From NCBI RefSeq assembly GCF_009914755.1, contig NC_060935.1: a stretch of 64,000 nt of DNA; one strand, written 5' to 3'. Below are positions 53,834-64,000 of this stretch, one piece after another. Below the pieces are notes generated by a model, which was given only the letters and a program-made list of their open reading frames with translations, was not told where the DNA came from and ran no database searches. Position 1 is the stretch's first letter. Each line of letters opens with the position of its first letter. The stretch comes from the human T2T-CHM13v2.0 reference genome, Homo sapiens. The translations under genes were made by a program, and so were the position numbers.

Positions 53834-54382
53834 CTACCAAATGGTTTTCTACAGCAATCCTAATAATTTGTGCCCTACTAACAAGTGCATAATATGCTTC
53901 ACATCTCAGCCAATAATTAGTATTATTCAACTGTTTAATTTTAGCCATTATTTCAGGGATGTAAGAGTAACTTGCTGTGTTATCTTTCCCTTTTGGGTAA
54001 TGAGGATAAAATCCTTTCATTATGCTTACCAGCCATGTGGATAACTTTGTGAAATGCCTCTTCAACTCTTTTTACTTACCTTTCTATTGAGTTTTCTGTC
54101 CTTATCTTAGTATTTAGAGGCATTTAAAAAAATAATTTGGATATGTGTTTTTATTCATATGTACGTATTAAAATATCTTTTCTACCCTGTTTCTTGCCTT
54201 TTTACTTTCTCAATGGTATATTCTGAAGTCCAAAAATTTTTATTCCTATGTGGCCTGAGTTAACAATTTTTCCTTTATGGTTTCTTTTTATGTGCTCTGA
54301 GTATTTGTATACCCTAATAATGTTAAAATATTTTTCTATATTAACTTCTAGAAACTTTATTGTTTCTACATCCCCCCCAAGA

Positions 54383-54637
54383 TATATTTGTATGTATGTG
54401 TACGTGTGTGTGTGCATATATATATATACGTATATATATGTGTGTATATATATGTGTATATACACACATATATATGTGTGTATATATATGTGTATATGTG
54501 TATATGTATGTGTATATATGTGTATATATATGTGTATATATACACATATATGTATACACATATATGTAGACATATATGTGTATATATACACATATATGTG
54601 TATACATATATATGTGTATATATACACATATATACAC
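54383..54637. repeat. Compound (TA/TG/CA)n alternating purine-pyrimidine tract
   Basis: Seen directly; source of the YI/YV/CI-rich spurious ORFs. Confidence 0.97.
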
Positions 54638-55331
54638 TCATTCTAAAGAAATATACTTTTGTGTATGGCGTGAAATAAGGATCAAGAGTCAGTCTTTTCT
54701 TATGCATATCTAGTTGACTTCTAATCATTTATTGAAAAGACCATTTTTTACTCATTGTGCAGAAATCCCACCTTTATCATAGATCAAGTGACTATATACA
54801 TGTGGACTATATCTACATTTTTTATTTTGATCAATTGGTCTACTTGCCTAAGTTACACATCTTAATTATTAAGCCTTCATAAGTATTGATATCTCAAACT
54901 CTCTTAATTTTCTTAGCAATTCCTGGCCCTTGGCATTCCCAAATATATTTTAGGATCAGCTTTTAAATTTCTATCAAAATATGACAAATTGTTTTATTAT
55001 GATTACACTGAATCTTTAGATGTTTGATAAGAAGTCTTATTTTTGTGGTAATAATAATGAGACTCCTAATACTTGAACATGGTATATACCCCTTTATGAC
55101 TTCTTTAATATTTTGTAGTTTTTTGTTTACACATTTATAATTCCTATATTATACATATTTCTAGGTATTTCGTATTTCAGGTACTATTACCAATGGTATC
55201 ATTTTAAAATATTCATGAGTTTCTGCTTTTGGTCTATCAGTATGAAAGTGATTTTTGTATATTGGTGTAATGTCATGCAATTTTACCGAATTCAATTACT
55301 ACTTCTGTAGAGCCTTTTAGATTTTCCATGC

Positions 55332-55699
55332 TGATTAGTCTGTTTGAGCTGCCATAACAAAATACCACAGACTAGGTGGTTTAAACAACAAAAATTTATT
55401 TTTTCATGCACTGGAAACTGAAAGTCTCCAAGATTAAGGGGCAGCCCTGGTTTCTTTCTAGTGAGCCTCCTGGCTTGGAGACAACTGCCTGCTTTCTATG
55501 TCCTCATGCGGCCTGTCCTCTCCATGCATGTAGAGAGAGACAGAGTGAACAAATGGCTCTGGTGTCTCTTCTTCAGGGCCCCACCATTATGACCTCATTG
55601 AATCTTAATTACCTTCTCAAAGCCCCTATCTCCAAATATAGTCATGTTGGGTGTTAGGGCTTCAGTATCTGAATTTGGGGAGAACATAAGTCCATGACA
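55332..55699 (-). mobile_element. MLT1A-like solo LTR
   Basis: TTAGTCTGTTTGAGCTGCCATAACAAAATACCACAGACT...GAATTTGGGG...AGTCCATGACA. Confidence 0.85.
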
Positions 55700-56670
55700 C
55701 ATGTGTACAAAACTTTCATTGGTAAATAATGACAATTTTTGCTCTTTTCAATCTTTATGCCTTAGTTTACTTTTTTATCTTATTGCACTGGCTAAGGCCT
55801 CCAGGATAAAGTTGAATAAGAACAATGGGAGCAAATATTTTTGCTACCTACCTAATCTCTGTGGTAAATCTTTTACTATTTTCATTCAAATGATGTTTGC
55901 TATAGATATTTTGTAGATACTCTTTATCAGAAAGTTTGCTTTCACACCCAATTTGTTCAGCACTAATGAGTATTGAATATTATAACTTTTTTATACCTAG
56001 TGAGATGACCATAGGAATTTTCTACTTTATTTCTAAAAGTTATGAATTTTATTGTTTGAATGTTAAGTAATTGCATTTCTGTAATATAGTTTGGAATATA
56101 ATGAAGTCAGACATTATTCATTATCCTTTTACTACCTATACAGATTCAATTTCTTAATATTCTGTTGCAGTTTTTTTGCATTTTTTATCATGAAAAATTG
56201 TCATGTAAGTATCTTTTTGCAATAATACTAAGAGTATGCTGGCCTCACAAAACAAGAGCTGTTTCCTACTTTTTCTAATCTCTGTGTGTATTTGAGTAAG
56301 ATTAGAACTATTTCTTTCATTAAATACTTGGAGGGGAAATGGCCCTTGAAGCCACAAGCACTTGGAGATTTCTTTTTGTTAGAGATTTTAATTACAAAAT
56401 TAAATGTCCCCAAAGATATAGGACTAAACGTATTTCAATTTCTTTTTACATCATTTATACCAGTTTGGGTAAGTAATGTTTTCCAAAGAATTTTTTTCCA
56501 TTTCATCAAACTTTTCAAATATCAGCATATAGTAGTTAATAATATCCTCTTCTTATCTTTGTAATATTTTAAGGATCTGCAATGATGTTTTTTTACATTC
56601 CTGATGTTGGTAATTTGTACCTTATTATTTTTGGTTGTTTTTCATCAGCCTTGCTAGAACTTTATAATCT

Positions 56671-56905
56671 TTGTAGTGGTTGAAAGATGACTCCCCAAAA
56701 TACTTTCATATCTTAAACTCTTTAAAAGTGACTTTGTTTGGACAGAAGTAATTAATTAAGGATCTCAAAATGATATCATCTTAGGTTATCCAGGTGAGCT
56801 CCTAAATCCAATGACAAGTATCCTTAAGTAACAGAAGAAAAGACAGAAAGAAGACCATGTGAAGGAGGAAGCAGACTGAACTTATGCAGCCATAAGCCAG
56901 GAAAA
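56671..56905 (+). mobile_element. MLT1B/C/D-like LTR 5' half
   Basis: TGTAGTGGTTGAA, AATTAAGGATCTCAAAATGA, CCTAAATCCAATGACAAGT, ATGCAGCCATAAGCCAGGAA. Confidence 0.65.
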
Positions 56906-57220
56906 AAACTGCAATGCTCTAGTTAGATTTTTAAAGCCATTTCTAGATCAGTTTCACAATAGCCAGATAATACACTTTTAAATCATTTCAATCCACTAAA
57001 ATCTGTTGAAACTTCATTAATGGCCAGCACATAATCAGTTCTGATGAGTATTCAATTAAAAACAATGTATACTGCATTCTGCAGTTACAGGTTTTGTTGT
57101 TTCTATTTATACATGGTAAAGTTTGCTAATCATGCTTTTCAGATCTTCTAAATCATTGTTGATATTTTGGATTATTTGTACTGTCAGATACTGAGAGACC
57201 TGTTAGCTCTCCAACTCTGA

Positions 57221-57386
57221 TTTTTTTTTTTTTTCTATTAGAGATGGGGTCTCACTCTTTCACCCAGGCTGGTGTGCAGTGGTGCCATCTCAGCTCACTG
57301 CAACCTCTGCTTCTTGGGCTCAAGCTTTCTCCCACCTCAGCCTCCCAATTAGCTGGGACCAATGGCATGCACCATCATGCCTGGCT

Positions 57387-57424
<38 letters not shown>

Positions 57425-57544
57425 GGTAGAGACCGTGTTTCCTCATGCTGCCCAGGCTAGTCTTGAACTCCTGAACTCAAGTGATCTGCCCACCTTGGCT
57501 TCCCAAAGTGCTGGGATTATAGATGTGAACCACCATGCCCCACT
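57221..57544 (-). mobile_element. AluJ-like with a T35 run in the linker
   Basis: Antisense Alu; near-TSD TCCAACTCTGATTT / TCCAAATCTGATTT. Confidence 0.92.
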
Positions 57545-58107
57545 TCCAAATCTGATTTTAGATTTTTCTATTTCCCAGTTAGTTCTGACAATGTCTCATT
57601 TGTATATCTGTAGGTTTTATAATGTGCATAAAAATTTATAGTTGTTATGTTCTACGGACAAACTGACCTTTTATCAATATGAAAACAATCTTTTTATCTT
57701 TAATAAATGCATCATGCCTTAATGACTACTGCATCTGATATAAACATATTCACACAGTTTTCTTTGGTTAATATTTGTGTAAAACTTTTTTATATCTATT
57801 TTCAACATTTTTTACCTTATCTCTGTAAATTTCATTTCATAATTTATTCAATATTATAATTTTTGCATTTTAATTAGAATAGTCTTTCTAAATAAAATGT
57901 AGTTCCTAGGGATTTAAATTTACCTTGTCACAATTTGATTTGTCCTTGACTCATTCATATTATGTTCTTTCTCTCCTTTCTTGCTCACTTTGGAGTAGTC
58001 AGGCCTATTATTATTATTATTACTATTATTCTTTTTAGTGTATTTTCTGTTCTACTAGCTATACACTACATATTATTTTACCACTACTTCAATAGTTTAC
58101 CTTACAG

Positions 58108-58289
58108 AAGTAGTTTTCAAAGTGTCTTCTTAAAAAAAATTGCATCTGCAACTTTTAGCAGGAATGCAAACTTTTGACCCCACCCCACCACTCAAAAAGT
58201 TAAATGAGAAACTTTGAGGGTGGTATATAGCACACTTTGAAGAAGCCCTTCATATAATTCTAAACAACTCTAAAATTTGAAAATCACTG
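58108..58289. mobile_element. MER5-like fossil
   Basis: AGTAGTTTTCAAAGTG...AAAATTTGAAAATCACTG termini. Confidence 0.5.
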
Positions 58290-58496
58290 CCCTACAGATT
58301 AAATATGTATCTTTGACTTATTAGAGTTTAATATAATACATAAGGTCGTTAAACAACTTAAGGTCTGTTTATCCCTTCTCTATCCTCTTGTGTATTATTG
58401 TCATATATTTTAATTACACAAACATTTTAAACAGACTCATTTAATAGAGTCTGCAGTCATTTGGAGTGATACACACATTACTTAGTTTTTTCTCTC

Positions 58497-58943
58497 TGTA
58501 TTAGTCTATTCCCACATTGCTATAAAAAATACCTGAGACTGTGTAACTTATATTAAAAGAAGATATTTAAATGGCTCATGGTTCTGCAGGCTATACAGGA
58601 AGCATGATGCTAACATCTGCTCCGTTTCTGGGGAGGCCTCAGAAAACTCACTGTCATGGTGGAAGGCCAAGGGGGAGCAGGTATGTTACATGGCCAGAGC
58701 AGGAGCAAGCAAGAGAGGGAGAAGGTGCTATGGACTTTTAAATGACCAGAACTCACACACACAGGTACACACAGAAAAATTTCATTAAGTATTGTGAAGA
58801 TAGTACCAAGGGGGATGGTAATAAACCATTCATGAGAAATCTACCACTATAATCCAATCACCTCCCACTAGGCCCCACCTTCAACACTGGGAATTAGATT
58901 TCAATATGAGATTTGGGTGGGGACACACATCCAAACTACATCA
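58497..58943 (-). mobile_element. MST (MSTA/B-like) solo LTR
   Basis: TGTATTAGTC...CATCCAAACTACATCA; near-TSD CTCTC/CCCTC. Confidence 0.92.
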
Positions 58944-59856
58944 CCCTCCATACCCACAATTACCTGAGTGTTTTCTTACCTGCCAAACCTCTAAGGCTGG
59001 GCATGCACAGCATTAGAAATCATCACATAAGAATTGTATGTAAAATGTATGGAAGCTCAGGTAGAAATGTGTGGAGCTCAGGTAGACACAGAAAACGCAA
59101 GTAATGTTAATGACTAAGAGACTCATGCTACTAGAAATCTATCCCTGTTGCACTGTCTTAGCTCCACTAATTTATTCTCATAGTATCATGAAGAGTTGCT
59201 TACCGCCAGTTAAAGAGAAAAACCTCAGGTATACTCTACAGATAATTTTGCATTATATGCCAGTGCCAACTGAAATTCAATTCATCTAGTAGAGTCCTAC
59301 AACCCAAGCATAAGTGTCTCTAAAAATACAGTAGTGAAAGGATATTTTTCCTTTGGACAGAATACTGATCAATGTATTTTACTGCTTATTTTATCTAGAC
59401 ATATAGTAGCAGAAGCATGGATATACTGATTTCTGGACATTATAGGGATCTTAAAATGCCTTAATTTCCTTAATTGTATTTTCCCTTTTGCAGTGATATT
59501 AGTGTCATAATAATAATATATAACAACATACAACAGAGCAACCAACAAGCTTAACACCTGAGAAAAGATAGGTGCCTCCCAGAAGTAACAAACATGAGTA
59601 CTTGATTACCTAGGGCACACATAGCACAGACCAAGATATAATCGCCTTGAAAGTGGATGAAAAGAATGCAGCTGAAACATTTATCAAATTATTGGAGGCC
59701 AAATGTGAACACTAGTGAAGATCAACTGTGGTTGGAGAAATGAAGAACAGCAAAACTCTAACCCCGGGACAAGTACAAGATTACTGAGAAAGCTTCACCC
59801 CACAAACTCAGGGGCACTAAGACTGAGGCTGAGCCGTAACGACAGAATTTTCCCAC

Positions 59857-60174
59857 TGTTAAAGCAAATAAATATGGCCTGAGAAGGATTTCTATATTTG
59901 AGTCCTTGTGGACTAACTGCAACCTAGCTTAACAGGTAAACAAGATTGAAAACCCAATTTAGGAGTATGTGCCTGTAATTATAGCTGAGTCTTGGCCAAT
60001 TGCAGTATAACAGAAACAAGCAAACTGAATATGGCCTGAGAAGGACTTCTATATTTGAGTCCTTGTGGACTAACTGCAACCTAGCTTAACAGGAAAACAA
60101 GACTGAAAACCCAACTTAAGAGTATGCGCCTGTAATTATAGCTAAGTCTTGGCCAATCGCAGTGTAACAGAAAC
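59857..60174 (+). mobile_element. Tandemly duplicated 5' fragment of a MER57A-like ERV1 LTR (2 x ~157 bp)
   Basis: TGTTAAAGCAAA...AATATGGCCTGAGAAGGA...GTCTTGGCCAAT occurs twice (AATATGGCCT at 59871 and 60028). Confidence 0.85.
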
Positions 60175-60319
60175 TTTGAGAATTACCTTCTACCAACCCA
60201 TCCCCCACGGAGAGGATGCCTGGAGGAATTTGAGGAATGTGGTGCACTGAGAGCAACCACAGTAACAACCAAACTGAAACCCACCTTAGTAGTAGGGGGA
60301 TTCAACCTCCCACTATGCT

Positions 60320-61560
<1,241 letters not shown>

Positions 61561-62825
61561 TAGATGAGTCTTCATGTCTAAAAGTCAAAGAATAAGTCAC
61601 CTTAATCCAAGAGTATAAAATATTTCAAAGTTGAATGTCTTTTTTTTTTTTTTTTTTTGTAAGTTCTAATCTATCTCTGGTTTACTTTTACTCCTATGAT
61701 GTAATCTTTCAGGGACCCCAGCTGAAAGCTTGGGTTATCGGGGTCCCTCTTCTTAGTCAATAAAACTCCAACATTTAGGTTTATAGCCTGTAAGACTGCC
61801 AAAAATTCCAATTATCTGCTTAACTACTTAATTACCCCCCTTTAACTTGACTTCTTCATATGTAAGTCCATGTTGCTTATGGTTGGCAAATGTGATGAAG
61901 ATGAGAGAAGTCTGGGATGTCGACTTCACTTTTCTGTGCTTGCTTTTTGTCCTGTATCTTGATTCATCAGGTATGAGCTGCTTAGGCAGCCCTGAGCTTC
62001 ATTTTTAAAAAAATATTCACAAACGCATGAGACTGTCAAAAAGCTGTTTTGAACTTCTTAGCTTCTTAGTAGCAACTTACTACTCAGCATCTCAACTTCT
62101 TGAGTCATGACTCTTAGGCATCAGTGAATCTCTCAGAAAGACAGGGTAATATGTTCCATTCACTTAGCACAATGTTTTTCCTTTCTCTGAGATGTAACCC
62201 TTCTATGCAGATGCCTTAATATTTCTCTGATGCCTTAAAACAATGTATTTTAATTACTCTATCCATCTTTTTCTGTTGTTTTTGATGGGTGGATTCATCT
62301 CCTAGCTAGAAGTAGAAATTCAGACAAACTTTGGGAAGTTCTTGAGAGAAGAGAGAGAGAATTGGAGCTTAATAAGAATTACGTAGCATAAAGATAGTGA
62401 AAAATATTGCAAAGAGGTGAATCGGTATTGAAAAAGTTTCAGAGGCAAAACTAAGTCTATAGTGGTAAAGGGTATGTGTTAGAGACAAGATGTGGCAGGC
62501 AGTCAGTTATTGATTGAACACCAGCTACTGGGCTACATGCCAATAGAATATAAGGACATAGTGCCTTGCTTCTGGGACTTGTATCATTGGAGAGGAGATA
62601 ATAGATGTTACCAAACAACTATAAAGCAAGGTTTCATAGATATATGTCTTGTAATTTTTAATATATATTTTTTATTTTAAAGGAATTCTGATAAGGGAGA
62701 AAACAAGGATGGCATTTGAGATGGGACAAGAAAAAAAAATGCTGTTTTTACCAGGAAACAAGGAAGGAACATAGAGCACATAGGATAAAATAAGGAGAGG
62801 GGACAAAAAGTGTGGTATAGTGTTT

Positions 62826-63029
62826 GAGTGGTTCTCAAACTTCAGCATGCATTATACTCACATGCAGGGCTTAAAATAAAGACTTCTGGGCTCCATCTCC
62901 AGAGTTTCTGAAGGAATAGGTCTGGACTAGGGCCAGATAATTTGCATTCCCAACAAGTTCCTAGGTATGCTGATGCAGTTGATACAGCTGATGCTGCTGA
63001 TCTCGAGCCACATTTTGAGAATCACAAGT
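62826..63029. mobile_element. MER5A-like fossil
   Basis: AGTGGTTCTCAAACTT, CCAGAGTTTCTGA, AATTTGCATT, AACAAGTTCC, TGCTGATGC, TTTGAGAATCAC. Confidence 0.8.
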
Positions 63030-63571
63030 ATAGACAGAATGACTACTAAAAGAATAGTAAAAGAAAGTGTAAATAATAGCTGACAGAAAGGCAAAAATGA
63101 TTTTTTTAAAAAGTACTTGCTTCAAAGAATTTATAATGTGCTTAATTTGGTGGAAGCACGGGGCAGGGGAATAGAGTTCTGCATGTAGGATCATAAGTAA
63201 TTTGCGATGAGAAAAAAGAAAAAAAAACGTAATTTGCTAAGAAATGTGATGGCCATGCAACTAGTAAAAATAATTACTTTAGAAATCATATTTCCTGAGC
63301 CAGCATCTCGTTATCTTGATAACTTTGTAAATAGTGCAGTTTTCCTATCCAGTATTTCTACTGAAATCCAGGCTGATTATTTTAAGAGCTGTTAGTAGCA
63401 CTCCATGGTAATTGAACATATTAATAATTATGAGGAACAGAATAGCTATACAGCATTTTTGCCTTAATTATATACCATGTGACTGTGACTATCCACATTA
63501 CTGAGACAGAGTTTAGTTGAACTATCCCTTCTGATGTAATGAATCTAGGTGAAACAAACTTCCTTTAATAT

Positions 63572-63674
63572 TTCAGAAACATCAAATTATACTTAGATAT
63601 AGCAAAGTACTTATATTTGAAGTCAACTTCAGAAACATCAAGTTATACGTAAAAATAGCAAAGTACTTATATTT
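63572..63674. repeat. Direct repeat, 2 x 47 bp with a 9-bp spacer
   Basis: TTCAGAAACATCAA...AGCAAAGTACTTATATTT at 63572 and 63628; 4 substitutions. Confidence 0.9.
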
Positions 63675-64000
63675 ATATGTTTACAGAAAATGAAAAGGAA
63701 ATATTGTTTTGGTGTTAAAATTAACAATAAAGGAAAAACAAATAATCAGCACACTTCTCTGTACAATTAAAAGGTGAAGTTTATTTTAAACATTGAATAC
63801 AAATTTGATTGTAGAAAAAATGGCCAACTTCCTATTCTTCCATCTTTGCTTGGAAAAGTCTAAGTGTCTTCAATAATTATAAAACTATTTTCTTTAAGTA
63901 AAATGCATGTGATTGTTTTAGGACAGCATGGCATCTTTAAAGAAGGCACAAATACTCTAGCAAGTCTCCCAGCTTGTCCTTCCAGGCTAGCCTAACAGCT

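Larger units (their letters stand above)
52862..58490 (-). mobile_element. Long old L1M (3'UTR and ORF2), split by nested insertions
   Basis: Antisense L1 motifs throughout (TTCATTCAACAT, GAGTTGTTTCCAG, CATTTATTGAAAAGACC, TCTTATTGCACTGGCTA, ATGCTGGCCTCACAAAA). Confidence 0.7.

Noticed and set aside
54202-54728. Six ORFs rich in Y/I/C/V/H/T
   Set aside because: Translations of the TA/TG/CA microsatellite

Overview
AT-rich, repeat-dense primate genomic DNA, probably human or another catarrhine (it carries AluY/S/J, L1PA, THE1, MST and LTR12). It looks intergenic or deep-intronic. I could not support any protein-coding exon, functional RNA gene or CRISPR-like system; the supplied ORFs are chance or repeat-derived (Alu, L1 ORF2 remnants, MaLR internal sequence, GC-rich LTR12, microsatellites). 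Main elements: a complete minus-strand MST (MaLR) provirus with both LTRs and a GATAC target-site duplication (6706-9304), a CpG-rich LTR12C-like solo LTR (36287-37571) inside a heavily nested old L1, several other solo LTRs with TSDs, DNA-transposon fossils (Tigger2a, MER2, MER5, MER58), and a degenerate tRNA-Ile-headed ancient SINE. The most unusual signal is a pair of apparently locally templated insertions at 5.7-7.0 kb. Other observations are tandem duplications, overlapping perfect hairpins, and candidate enhancers and non-coding exons. I found no convincing new biological system. Repeat subfamily names come from recalled consensus sequences, and identities were counted by eye; both need RepeatMasker/Dfam confirmation.
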